64,000 nucleotides of DNA. It comes from Candidatus Zhuqueibacterota bacterium (GTDB lineage Bacteria; BS750m-G25). Made by a program: the position numbers and the translations under genes. The notes under the pieces are model-generated. The model saw only the letters and a program-made list of their open reading frames with translations. It searched no databases and had not been told where the DNA came from. The stretch is from contig JADHWK010000005.1 in the NCBI GenBank assembly GCA_016783505.1, positions 1,764 through 65,763 on the forward strand. The letters run 5' to 3'. Position 1 is the stretch's first letter; each line of letters starts with the position of its first letter. Below, one piece after another: positions 17,784-27,435 of the stretch.

Positions 17784-20700
17784 ATGGAATTTGGAACTTC
17801 AGTGTGTAATTTAAGAAAAAGGAACAGATCGAAACCGGCGGTGGGCGTTGGCCTTGTCTTTTCGATCTTTTTTTTGTTAACCTTCGGCATTCCTTCCCCG
17901 GCTTCCCCGATGGTGGGATTGAAATACACCCCCCCCAATGAGGTTATTATCTCTCCCTTTCTACCCCATCCTTACCCCGGATTTAGCCCCAACGGCGATG
18001 TCCCCCTCTTTCAAAACAACCTTTCCAATCTCAAACATTCGGTAGAGATTGACTCATTAGGGGGGTGCATAACCTGCCGGGAGATGCTGTTTGGGGAGGA
18101 TTTTCGTCTCCCCATGTTTTACCGTTTTGAGGATTATCTGAGCCTGAAAACTCGGGCTGATATTCAGGAAAAATGGCGGCAGGAGACCCTGGTCGGTCTG
18201 AAGGAAACCGGGGATACTGGGGGTGGGGGGGGCATCAAGATTGACATCCCCTTCAAGATTAAGAGCCGCGCCTTCCAGCGGGTTTTCGGCGGCTCCCGGG
18301 TGGGCCTCAGGGTGTCCGGAAATATCAATATCAACGGGGGCCTGAGGCGCGACAAACGGAGTGAGGTAATCACCGCTACCAACCGTCAGTCTAACTATAA
18401 CTTCAAGATTGACCAGACCCAGCAGTTCACCATTGAGGGAAAGGTAGGGGACAAGGTCTCCGTGTTCGTGGATCAGGACTCAGAGAGGATGTTTGAGTTT
18501 GAGAATAACATCCGGCTGAAATATACCGGGGAGGAGGATGAGATAATTCAGTCCATTCAGGCGGGAAACATAGGGCTGTCGCTGCCCTCAACCCGGTTTG
18601 TGTCCTTCAGCGGCCACCACTCGGGTCTGTTCGGCTTGAAGTCGGAGATGAAGCTGGGGGCCCTGAACGTGACCGCCATCGCCAGCCTGGAGAAGGGGGA
18701 GAAGAAAAAACTCGAGGTGACGGGAGGGGCCCAGGAAACCACAGATGACATCCGGGATTATGAATACCGAAAAGGTTATTATTTTTTCTTGGATAATGAC
18801 TACCGGGAAAACTATAGATACTTCAATGAGGCCCGAGAGCACTACAGCGTCGGATTGGATAAAGTTATTCAAGACATCGAGGTCTATAAATCGAACGACA
18901 ATTTTGATCTGGAAATCGGGTCTGTGGAAAGTTGGGCCTGCTGGGAACTTCCAGATTCTCCTGACAAATACGGGGATTTCATCGACACTTTGACTAGCAG
19001 TCGGGAGCATCAAAGGGGTTATTTCATACGTTTGGAACCTGGAAAAGACTATTATGTAGACAATAACTTGGGTCTTATCCAGCTGGAGATATCCTTGAGG
19101 GAAAGGAGCAATGAAATTCTGGGGGTAGCCTATCAGACTGCGGAAGGTACTTATGGGGATCTGGTGGTACCTCAAAATCGTAATATGTTGTTAAAATTGA
19201 TTCGACCCCGAACACCTAACCCTACAGATAGCACTTGGAATTTAGCCTGGCGGAATGTATATTATCTGGGGGCTACTAATATCGAAAAAGATGGGTTTGA
19301 TCTGAAAATCTATTATGATTTATCAGGGGCCGACGATGCGGAGACGGACACGATTCTCACGGAAACAGGCGAGACAGAGGTGCAATCCTATCTCACCATC
19401 TTCGGTCTGGATACCAAGAACGAGCAGGGGATTGACGAACCAGACACCGAAATAGACGATTATCCCTCTATTATTAACTGGGCCCGGGGGGAGTTGATAT
19501 TCCCCGATCTCACGCCGTTTGAACCTTCCGGATACTATATTGAAGGTGAATTGATCATCACCCCCCTTGATTCTTCCCAGCGAGCGACAGAGATGTATCA
19601 TAGTATTAATCAAACGGATATTAACCGGGACACCAAATTTTATGTCAGGGTTAAATACCAGAATCGGAGCGACACCTATAATCTGGGCTGGAACGTGCTC
19701 GAGGGCTCCGAGGAGGTGCTGCTGAACGGGACGAAGCTTAACCGGGGGACGGATTACGTCATTGACTACATGTCCGGCAGCCTTACCATGTTGAACGAGG
19801 CGGCCACCGCTCCAAACGCTGACCTAGAGATCCTGTATGAAAGTGGTTCGGTGTTCCAGTTGGATAAGAAAACGCTTTTGGGCGGCCGGGCTGAATACCG
19901 CTTCTTGGAGGATTCCTTCCTGGGGATGACGGCTCTTTATATGAATGAGACCCCCATTGAGGAGAGAGTGCGGGTGGGCAATGAACCCCTACGCAACTTT
20001 GTCTGGGGTCTGAACGGAGTAATGAGGTTTAAGCCGGAATTTCTGACCAGGGCGGTGGATTTTCTCCCCCTGATTCGCACCGAGGAACCCTCGGCTTTCA
20101 ACGTCGAGGGGGAGATCGCCCAGGTTCTTCCCGATCCCAACCCCATGCACCCCTACATTAAGAGCGATAGGGACGGGGCGGCGATCGTGGACGATTTCGA
20201 GGGGGCCCGCAAGACCACCCCCCTGGGGGTGATGCGCCGCCAGTGGAGCCTGTGCAGTAGCCCGGGGGGGAATTATACGGAGTCGAAACGATGGCGGGAA
20301 TTTATCTGGTATAATCCCTTTCAACAGGTGCCCATCAAAGAGATATGGCCTAACCGGCCGGTGAACACCCGGGTGGCGAACAACGTCCATGTGCTGAACC
20401 TCGGCTTCATCAGCGAAAAGCTGCATCAGGTTAAGGACCAACACTCTTGGGCGGGGGTGATGCGAGCCCTTTCCTCTGGATATGCGGACCAGACGGACAG
20501 CCGGTATATCGAGATGTGGATCAAAGGGGAACAGGGTCGCATCCATGTTGACATCGGGAAGATCAGCGAGGATGTGATCCCCAACGGGAGATTGGATACT
20601 GAAGATATTCCTTTCCCGGGGCGGGTGACCGGGAACGGCCTTTTGGATGAAGGGGAGGACGTAGGGCTGGACGGAATGGCGGGCACTGACCCGGGTGATT

Positions 20701-23700
20701 TCTGGGACATCAACGGGAATGGAATCCAGGACCCGGGCGAGCCCCCCTCCATGGACGATTGGGATTACCAGAGCCGCAGCTTTGACTACGACCACATCAA
20801 CGGGATTGAGGGCAACCAGAACGATGTGGGGGGACGCTTTCCGGATACCGAGGACTTAAACCGCAACGGCAGCGTGGACCTGGCCAGCGATTTCTTCCGG
20901 TATTCCTTCACGCTGGGGGACCAATCCTATATCGTCGGGGAGGGGGGACCCGAAGGGGCACCCCAAGAGAAAAAATGGCACCTTTACCGGATTCCTCTGG
21001 AGGAACCCCAATCAGTGGTGGGGTGCCCCGAAGTGACCATGATCGAATACGCCCGGCTGTGGGTATCCGATTTTGAGAAGGACGGTGATATCAGCATCGC
21101 TACCTTTGACATCGTGGGGAACGACTGGAGGGTGGCTGACAGCACCTCGGCCGATTATGTGGAGGTAGCGGTCATTAACAATCATGAGAATCCCCAATAC
21201 GACCCCAGGGAAATCGGGGTGGCCGGTGAGTTGGATCGGATAACCGAGCTGGCGTCCAAAGAGCAATCACTGGTTTTAAAGGTCAAACGTCTCCCCCCCG
21301 GGGAAGCGGGGATGGTGGAGAAGGTGTTTGGCTTTGGCGGACGGAAGCTGAACTTCACCGAATACCGGATCCTCAAGATGTTCGTCCACGGTGGGGGGGT
21401 GGGGGTCCATCCGGGTGATTTTGACCTCTGGGATTACGATCTGGACCTGTTTGTCCGCTTCGGGGCCGATGAGAACAACTATTATGAATTCAAAGAGAAG
21501 GTTTGGCCCGGTTGGCATTTGAACAACGAAATGGTGATTGATTTTGCCGACCTGAACGAGATCAAGCTAAAAATGAGAAGTGACCCTACCCAGAACTTTG
21601 CGGTCTTCCCGGAGACCGTAGGGGAGGAAACCTTCTATGACACCCTGCGTATCGTGGGAAAACCCTCGCTGACGGAGATAAAGCTGTTCGTCCTCGGGCT
21701 AACCAATAAGGGCGAGGATGAAATTAATGAAAATGAAGGGGATATTGTGGAGGTCTGGTTCAACGAGCTTCGGCTGACGGATGTGAAGAAGGATCGGGGC
21801 TGGGCCTACCGGGCCCGGGCCGACCTGAAGCTGGCCGACCTGGCGAATTTTAACATCGAGGTGAACCATAAGGACGATGATTTTCACAACCTGTCCAGCC
21901 GGGTGGGCGGGGGCCGCAACGAGAACCGGCTGACCATGAATAGTGGAATAAGCCTGGACCGAATGCTGCCCCCCAGCCTGGGACTGCGGATCCCGGTGAA
22001 CCTTTCTTATACGGAGAGCAACGCCTTCCCCAAATATTTTCCCGGCAGCGACATTGAGGTGAACCAGCTAGAAGTTCCCGATTCCATCCGCACCAAGAAG
22101 CTGCAGCGGGGGATCACCCTTTCTCTTTCCAGAACCAGCCAGTCCCCACATTGGTTTAGCAAATACACCATAGACAAAACCTCCCTCAGCGCCAATTATA
22201 ACAACAGTCGTTCTTCTAACCCCACGGTTGCCTTCGACCGCACCGAGGCAAGTGGGGGTAGTATCAATTATGGACTGACATTCAGCCGGGACCATTCCCT
22301 GACCCCCTTTGGATTTCTGGGAGAAGTTCCCTTGGTCAAGAAGATCAGTCAGACCAAGTTTTATTATTCCCCTACCAAGCTAAACCTGGGCCTTTCGGCA
22401 TCGGCCAATACCGGTTGCCGACAGACCCGCAGCCGGGTGACATCATTTTCTAAAGCCTTTTTCATGACCCAGAAATTTTCCACTGGCTACCGTCCCACAG
22501 ATAGGCTCTCCTTTGATTTCAGTCGCACCACTAAACGGGATCTGCTGACCCAGGGGGAGCAGCCGGTTTTGAGCGGGGAATGGGAGAATCCTACCCGGTT
22601 ATCCCAGCTTTTAGGTCGGGCCGGCCAGCCTATCCTGGAGGGGAGGTTCGGCGATGCTACTGACATCTCCCAGAACGTGACTGGAAGCTTCAATACCCCC
22701 ACCCCTGATTGGTTGAGCAATGATTGGAACTACTCTACGAATTATCATTGGTCCCATAATATTCAATCAAACCGCCAATCAGCTTCCAACCAGAACACTC
22801 TGTCCACCTCGGCGGCCTTTAAGTTTAACCGACTTATGCAGAAGTTCAAACGCTCCCAGCCTCCCGGGCAGCCACCGAAGCGAGGGGGTATTCCCCTGCC
22901 CCCGAAGAGGGGGGAGGATCAGGAGGAAGAGGAGCCCCAGGGACAAGGTCCGCCCCCGGGTCAAGAAGAAGGAAAGAAACAAAAGCCCCCATCCTTGCTG
23001 GATGGCTTAAGGTTTTTAAGTGAGAAGATGGGGGATATCAGGTATGAATGGAGCCAAAGCCGACAGTTGAATAACCCGGCCATCCAAGGGACCCCGGGAT
23101 GGAACTATCAACTTGGGCTGGTGGACCCGTCCAATCCCGATATTGAGATTGACTCTGCCTACGTAACGGTTCCCAGTTGGTCCCAGGTGGACAACCACGG
23201 GGTGCGCACCGCCCTCAACCTGACCAAAAATATATCTTCAAACCTCCAGTATAAGCTAAAGAATTCCCAGAACCACGGCACCACGGTCACCGGGGAGCTG
23301 TCCCACAGCAGCTTTTACTATTTTAAAAAAGGTAAGACCAGTATTCAGGACTTCCCCTTTTTCGAATGGTCGCTGCGCTGGGGGGGATTGGAGAAGACCC
23401 CGCTGTTCTCCAAATTAACCACTAGCGTTTCCCTGGATCACTCCTTTACGGGGAACAAGGCAGAAAAGTGGAAGGAGATCCCCGGCGGTGACCGGGAGAT
23501 CACTAACGTCAACTATACCAAAGGTTTCCAGCCGTTGGTGGGGCTGAACATTATGTGGAAGAAGGGGATTTCCACCAACCTCCGGTTGAACCAATCGGAA
23601 ACGGTGGGGGACGTGCGCACCAGGGGGGAGAAGTCCCGCACCCGGCGGAGTTCACTCCAGCTTTCGGCCAGCTACTCCCTCACCAAAGGGGTCCGGATCC

Positions 23701-23993
23701 CCCTTTCCTTCTGGCCCTTTAAGAACCGACGATTCAAAAACAAGACGGATTTTTCCTTGACCGGGAATTGGTCCCAGGAGACCAGCGAGAGAAACACCGA
23801 TCCTAAAGCCCCGTTTTACGAGGTGGACAGCAGCGAGAGCTGGTCCCTGATGTCCAAGATAAACTACTCCTTCACCAACAAGGTTACCGGGGGGGTCTTC
23901 TACGAATTCGGGAAAAATAAACGGAAGGCATGGGGGGAATCATCCTACCAAGAACTGGGTCTGGATGTCCGCATCGTTATCCGGGGAGGATAA
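17784..23993 (+). CDS. Giant outer-membrane protein (2069 aa), candidate SprA/Sov-like T9SS translocon
   Basis: N-terminal signal peptide and beta-barrel-like amphipathic segments to the C-terminus. Pro/Gly/Glu-rich low-complexity insert at about 22840-23000. The size and the T9SS-related neighbourhood support the call. The SprA family assignment is not verified by motif. Confidence 0.4.
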   Translation: MEFGTSVCNLRKRNRSKPAVGVGLVFSIFFLLTFGIPSPASPMVGLKYTPPNEVIISPFLPHPYPGFSPNGDVPLFQNNLSNLKHSVEIDSLGGCITCREMLFGEDFRLPMFYRFEDYLSLKTRADIQEKWRQETLVGLKETGDTGGGGGIKIDIPFKIKSRAFQRVFGGSRVGLRVSGNININGGLRRDKRSEVITATNRQSNYNFKIDQTQQFTIEGKVGDKVSVFVDQDSERMFEFENNIRLKYTGEEDEIIQSIQAGNIGLSLPSTRFVSFSGHHSGLFGLKSEMKLGALNVTAIASLEKGEKKKLEVTGGAQETTDDIRDYEYRKGYYFFLDNDYRENYRYFNEAREHYSVGLDKVIQDIEVYKSNDNFDLEIGSVESWACWELPDSPDKYGDFIDTLTSSREHQRGYFIRLEPGKDYYVDNNLGLIQLEISLRERSNEILGVAYQTAEGTYGDLVVPQNRNMLLKLIRPRTPNPTDSTWNLAWRNVYYLGATNIEKDGFDLKIYYDLSGADDAETDTILTETGETEVQSYLTIFGLDTKNEQGIDEPDTEIDDYPSIINWARGELIFPDLTPFEPSGYYIEGELIITPLDSSQRATEMYHSINQTDINRDTKFYVRVKYQNRSDTYNLGWNVLEGSEEVLLNGTKLNRGTDYVIDYMSGSLTMLNEAATAPNADLEILYESGSVFQLDKKTLLGGRAEYRFLEDSFLGMTALYMNETPIEERVRVGNEPLRNFVWGLNGVMRFKPEFLTRAVDFLPLIRTEEPSAFNVEGEIAQVLPDPNPMHPYIKSDRDGAAIVDDFEGARKTTPLGVMRRQWSLCSSPGGNYTESKRWREFIWYNPFQQVPIKEIWPNRPVNTRVANNVHVLNLGFISEKLHQVKDQHSWAGVMRALSSGYADQTDSRYIEMWIKGEQGRIHVDIGKISEDVIPNGRLDTEDIPFPGRVTGNGLLDEGEDVGLDGMAGTDPGDFWDINGNGIQDPGEPPSMDDWDYQSRSFDYDHINGIEGNQNDVGGRFPDTEDLNRNGSVDLASDFFRYSFTLGDQSYIVGEGGPEGAPQEKKWHLYRIPLEEPQSVVGCPEVTMIEYARLWVSDFEKDGDISIATFDIVGNDWRVADSTSADYVEVAVINNHENPQYDPREIGVAGELDRITELASKEQSLVLKVKRLPPGEAGMVEKVFGFGGRKLNFTEYRILKMFVHGGGVGVHPGDFDLWDYDLDLFVRFGADENNYYEFKEKVWPGWHLNNEMVIDFADLNEIKLKMRSDPTQNFAVFPETVGEETFYDTLRIVGKPSLTEIKLFVLGLTNKGEDEINENEGDIVEVWFNELRLTDVKKDRGWAYRARADLKLADLANFNIEVNHKDDDFHNLSSRVGGGRNENRLTMNSGISLDRMLPPSLGLRIPVNLSYTESNAFPKYFPGSDIEVNQLEVPDSIRTKKLQRGITLSLSRTSQSPHWFSKYTIDKTSLSANYNNSRSSNPTVAFDRTEASGGSINYGLTFSRDHSLTPFGFLGEVPLVKKISQTKFYYSPTKLNLGLSASANTGCRQTRSRVTSFSKAFFMTQKFSTGYRPTDRLSFDFSRTTKRDLLTQGEQPVLSGEWENPTRLSQLLGRAGQPILEGRFGDATDISQNVTGSFNTPTPDWLSNDWNYSTNYHWSHNIQSNRQSASNQNTLSTSAAFKFNRLMQKFKRSQPPGQPPKRGGIPLPPKRGEDQEEEEPQGQGPPPGQEEGKKQKPPSLLDGLRFLSEKMGDIRYEWSQSRQLNNPAIQGTPGWNYQLGLVDPSNPDIEIDSAYVTVPSWSQVDNHGVRTALNLTKNISSNLQYKLKNSQNHGTTVTGELSHSSFYYFKKGKTSIQDFPFFEWSLRWGGLEKTPLFSKLTTSVSLDHSFTGNKAEKWKEIPGGDREITNVNYTKGFQPLVGLNIMWKKGISTNLRLNQSETVGDVRTRGEKSRTRRSSLQLSASYSLTKGVRIPLSFWPFKNRRFKNKTDFSLTGNWSQETSERNTDPKAPFYEVDSSESWSLMSKINYSFTNKVTGGVFYEFGKNKRKAWGESSYQELGLDVRIVIRGG

Positions 23994-24138
23994 GTGGTCT
24001 GAGGATTACGAAAGTTGATAATTGAAGGATTATTAAAACCGGATTGGTAGTTGTCCGAATACTGGAAAATTAAAAAGGAAACCGCTCTAAAGAGCGGTTC
24101 CGGATAACATAACATTAATATAAACTCAGCCAGAACCT

Positions 24139-24165
24139 TATCCCGATGCTTCGGGATAGGTTTTT
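24139..24165 (+). terminator. Hairpin TATCCCGAtgctTCGGGATA plus TTTTT, probably terminating the giant OMP transcript
   Basis: Perfect 8-bp stem, 4-nt loop, then a T5 run. It belongs to the ATCCCGA hairpin family. A second hairpin ACCGCTCtaaaGAGCGGT lies at about 24085-24105. Confidence 0.5.
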
Positions 24166-24197
24166 GGCAGGCCAAAAATTTCTACCAACAAATTTAG

Positions 24198-25133
24198 ATG
24201 ACTAAGCTCTTACAATCATCAACTTTGAGGTGGTTGATTTTTCCCTTGGTGGGACTGGTGTGGGGACTTTTTGGTACCCTCCGTTCCCAGACCGTCCCCC
24301 AATTTGATGACGATTCGGCCTTTGGAAATTTGGTGAGGCAATGTGAGTTCGGTCCCCGGAATCCAGGGTCGGAAGGGCATCGGAAATGCCGTAAATTTTT
24401 GGTGCAGGAGATGAAGCGTTATGCTGAAGAAGTAAAAATGCAGCATTTCACCCATTTCGACGAGGGAATGGATTCTTCGATTTCCATGTCCAACATCATC
24501 GCCCGGTTTGGGCCCCAACGGGGTGGGCGGCTGCTCCTGTGCGCCCATTGGGATACCCGACCCCGGGCGGACCGTGATCCAAACCCAGGGAACCGGTCCA
24601 AACCCATTCTCGGGGCTAACGATGGCGCTTCAGGGGTGGCCATTCTGCTGGAAATTGCCCGAATTATGGGCTCTTATCCACCACCGATGGGTGTTGATGT
24701 CGTGCTGTTTGACGGTGAGGATTGGGGCGAGGAGGGCCATATCCAGGACTATCTTTTGGGGTCCCGGGCCTTCGTAAAGGAAAATCCAGGGCTATCCTAT
24801 CGGTTCGGGGTGTTGCTGGACATGGTGGGGGACCGGGATCTGGAGATTCCCATGGAAGGTCATTCGCTCAAGAATTTTCCTTTTAAAGTCCGCCGACTTT
24901 GGGATCGGGCTCGGGGCCTGGGACTGACCCCCTTTGTGCATCGGGAGGGTCCCTGGGTGATAGACGATCACCTGATGCTGATAGATGCCGGCATACCCTG
25001 TATTGATCTCATTGACTTCGACTATCCCTACTGGCACACCCTGGAGGATACCCCGGACAAATGTGAGCCGGAAAGCCTGGGAGCGGTGGGTTCCCTGCTA
25101 CTGAGTCTGATTTACGAAGGAATCCCCGAATGA
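24198..25133 (+). CDS. M28-family zinc metallopeptidase fold protein, glutaminyl-cyclase-like
   Basis: Signal peptide. The CAHWDTRP (aH.D), GANDGASGVA, FDGEDWGEEG and DLIDFDYPYWHTLEDT motifs fit the M28/QC metal-site layout. Confidence 0.5.
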   Translation: MTKLLQSSTLRWLIFPLVGLVWGLFGTLRSQTVPQFDDDSAFGNLVRQCEFGPRNPGSEGHRKCRKFLVQEMKRYAEEVKMQHFTHFDEGMDSSISMSNIIARFGPQRGGRLLLCAHWDTRPRADRDPNPGNRSKPILGANDGASGVAILLEIARIMGSYPPPMGVDVVLFDGEDWGEEGHIQDYLLGSRAFVKENPGLSYRFGVLLDMVGDRDLEIPMEGHSLKNFPFKVRRLWDRARGLGLTPFVHREGPWVIDDHLMLIDAGIPCIDLIDFDYPYWHTLEDTPDKCEPESLGAVGSLLLSLIYEGIPE

Positions 25134-26068
25134 AGAGGGTGGCTGTGGTTGACATCGGAAGCCATACCAGCCTGTTTGCGGTGGTGGAAGGGGACGGCTC
25201 CGGTGCCTTTAGGGTTCTTCTTGAGGCTCAGGCCACCAATTGTCTGGGCATGAGTTTGGGCGTGGATAGGGAAATTCCACCCGGGGTAATTTCGAAAAAC
25301 ATCGGGATTATCCAAGGGTTTCTAAGGAAAGCCCGGGGGTTAAAGGCCGAGAAGATAGCAGCGGTGGGGACGAAAGTCCTGAGGAAAGCTACCAATGCGG
25401 GGGATTTTATCCAGGCCGTCCGACAGGAATTGGGTGTTGATCTGGTTATCGTATCAGGGGATGAAGAGGCCCGGCTGGGTTATCTGGGCGTCAGGACCGG
25501 TCTGGGACAATCCGTCGGCGGGGTTTACCTTATTGATGTGGGGGGCGGGAGCACTGAGGTTACCATCGGTCAGGGTGAGCTCATTAAAGAAACCTATAGC
25601 CTGGAACTGGGGGCGGTGAGCCTGACCCAGAAATATGTTCATAACGACCCTGTTACCCAGGAAGAGTGGGGGGCGATGGCAGAATACATCGCACGATGGC
25701 TAAAAGAGCGGCTTCCCCCTCTCGATCAGGATCAGTTTATGCTTTTCGGTATCGGGGGCACCCTCTGCACCCTTGCCGCCTTAGACCTGGAATTGACCCG
25801 TTTTGATTACATCCGGGTGGATGGTCATGTGCTTTCCCAGTCCCGGGTTAATAAATTTCTGGAGACATTCAAAAAAAACACCAGCCGTCTAAACCGGGCT
25901 CTGCTCAGCTTCGACCCTGACCGGGCGGGAATCATTCTGGCGGGGACCACCATCTGGTCGGAAATCCTGAAGAAATTAGGGTCTGATAAGGTAATTGTAT
26001 CCACAAGAGGGGTGAGGCATGGGGTGGCGTGGCAATATTTAAACTCGGATCCGGGGATTAAATACTAA
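25130..26068 (+). CDS. Ppx/GppA-family phosphatase (exopolyphosphatase / pppGpp phosphohydrolase)
   Basis: VAVVDIGSHTSLFAVVE is the N-terminal ASKHA motif. It overlaps the upstream gene by 4 nt (ATGA). Confidence 0.7.
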   Translation: MKRVAVVDIGSHTSLFAVVEGDGSGAFRVLLEAQATNCLGMSLGVDREIPPGVISKNIGIIQGFLRKARGLKAEKIAAVGTKVLRKATNAGDFIQAVRQELGVDLVIVSGDEEARLGYLGVRTGLGQSVGGVYLIDVGGGSTEVTIGQGELIKETYSLELGAVSLTQKYVHNDPVTQEEWGAMAEYIARWLKERLPPLDQDQFMLFGIGGTLCTLAALDLELTRFDYIRVDGHVLSQSRVNKFLETFKKNTSRLNRALLSFDPDRAGIILAGTTIWSEILKKLGSDKVIVSTRGVRHGVAWQYLNSDPGIKY

Positions 26069-26226
26069 AAAACAACGAAAAAATTTTAAATTCAGACCTC
26101 CTCATTCTGAATCCCGATCTATCCCGAATAATCGGGACGGGTCGGGTGAAGAATCTGGATGGAACAACGAGATTCTTCCCCCGAAACTTCGGGGTCAGAA
26201 TGACAGGGGGTGAACTATTACAAGAA

Positions 26227-27312
26227 ATGAAAAAATTATTCTTGTATATCCTCTGTTTAGGTTGGGTTATGGGGGGATGTGATCGGGAGCCCAATGGTCC
26301 GGAACCCGAAGATCCCAGTCCTGTTTTTGAAATAGTGGATGTACCCTCGAAATGGGCCCTGAGATCGGATAGGCCCCGGACCGTGGCGGCGAAGGTTTAC
26401 GATCCTCAGGGGGTAGAAGACCTCTCCGCCGTATGGGTTAATATTATGGAGTTGGGCACCAATGGGGTAACGTGGGCGGATACCTTACTGGATGACGCAA
26501 ATATTGATTCAACCAGTGGCGATTTGGTTCCCAAAGATGGGATTTTTTCTAAACTTATGAAATCCGATGATTTCGCTCCCTTTGAGGGACAATACATTTT
26601 TTTGTTTCAAGCATTGGATATTTCCAGCAATCTGGGAGAACATCTGGATACGGTATGGGTAGGGGAGAATTCCCCTCCGGTGGTTTATAATCCGGACATC
26701 CCTGATACCCTGCTAAGTGGGTTTGCGGTGGCCCAGTTTTCTATCCAGGTCTCCGACTCCCAGGGCCAGGGGGATATAAAGGACGTTTGTTTTACCATCG
26801 GGGGTTCTGTGTTCTATCTGTTGCCATCTACACAGCCTTTTCACTATTATTTAGCAGTGGACTCCTCCTTTAGTGCCGGGTTAAAGGGAGATTACCAGAT
26901 CGTTTTCAGAGCCACGGATTACTTCGAGGAAACGAACGAACCAGTAATAGACAGCCTATGGATAGAAAATCTGTCCCCCCGCCTGGGTCAGATCACCGCC
27001 CCTGACACCATGGTCAGGGGATCGGGTGACACTTTCGTTCTGGAGGTGGTGGTAAGCGACCCTCAAGGCCTTGGCGATATCAGGGAGGTTCGCTTCCGGG
27101 TCATTAAGCCCGATGGGTCCCAAGGTTTTAGCGATGATCTTCACGACGACGAGACCCACGAGGATAGGGATGCTGGGGATGGAGTTTTTTCCCAGGGCAT
27201 TTCTGCCCCCGACCCTGAAAATCTTGAAGGGGATTATACCTTCATTTTCTGGGCGGAAGATCGGGTGGGTAACATCAGCCCTGAAGATTCGGTGATTGTG
27301 GTGGTGGAATAA
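26227..27312 (+). CDS. Lipoprotein with three internal repeats, unknown function
   Basis: Signal/lipobox MKKLFLYILCLGWVMGGC. Repeated DPQGVEDL / DSQGQGDIKDV / DPQGLGDIREV modules suggest Ig-like domains. Confidence 0.45.
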   Translation: MKKLFLYILCLGWVMGGCDREPNGPEPEDPSPVFEIVDVPSKWALRSDRPRTVAAKVYDPQGVEDLSAVWVNIMELGTNGVTWADTLLDDANIDSTSGDLVPKDGIFSKLMKSDDFAPFEGQYIFLFQALDISSNLGEHLDTVWVGENSPPVVYNPDIPDTLLSGFAVAQFSIQVSDSQGQGDIKDVCFTIGGSVFYLLPSTQPFHYYLAVDSSFSAGLKGDYQIVFRATDYFEETNEPVIDSLWIENLSPRLGQITAPDTMVRGSGDTFVLEVVVSDPQGLGDIREVRFRVIKPDGSQGFSDDLHDDETHEDRDAGDGVFSQGISAPDPENLEGDYTFIFWAEDRVGNISPEDSVIVVVE

Positions 27313-27435
27313 ATTTCTATGGTCATGTTACAGACAATGAATCGGTGCATATCTCATTTTATTCATTTCTTTAGATTGGGGGGGTGCATTACTCAATTAG
27401 AGCGGAGTTACCCAACCTTGTTGGGTAAGGTTAGA

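Noticed and set aside
19989-20795. 268-aa minus-strand ORF (and several others of 60-200 aa) antisense to the giant OMP gene
   Set aside because: It is fully embedded antisense in a high-GC coding region with a Pro/Arg/Gly-rich composition typical of GC-driven spurious frames. There is no start context.
26146-26226. ORF-track N-terminal extensions (MKNLDGTTRFF... at 26146; MIGSELLRRLN at 34045; MYRDLSK... at 29168; MVMLQTMNR... at 27319)
   Set aside because: The extensions run through conserved leader hairpins or repeat elements and precede clear signal peptides that start at internal Met codons with better SD spacing. Starts were moved to 26227, 34078, 29291 and 27436.
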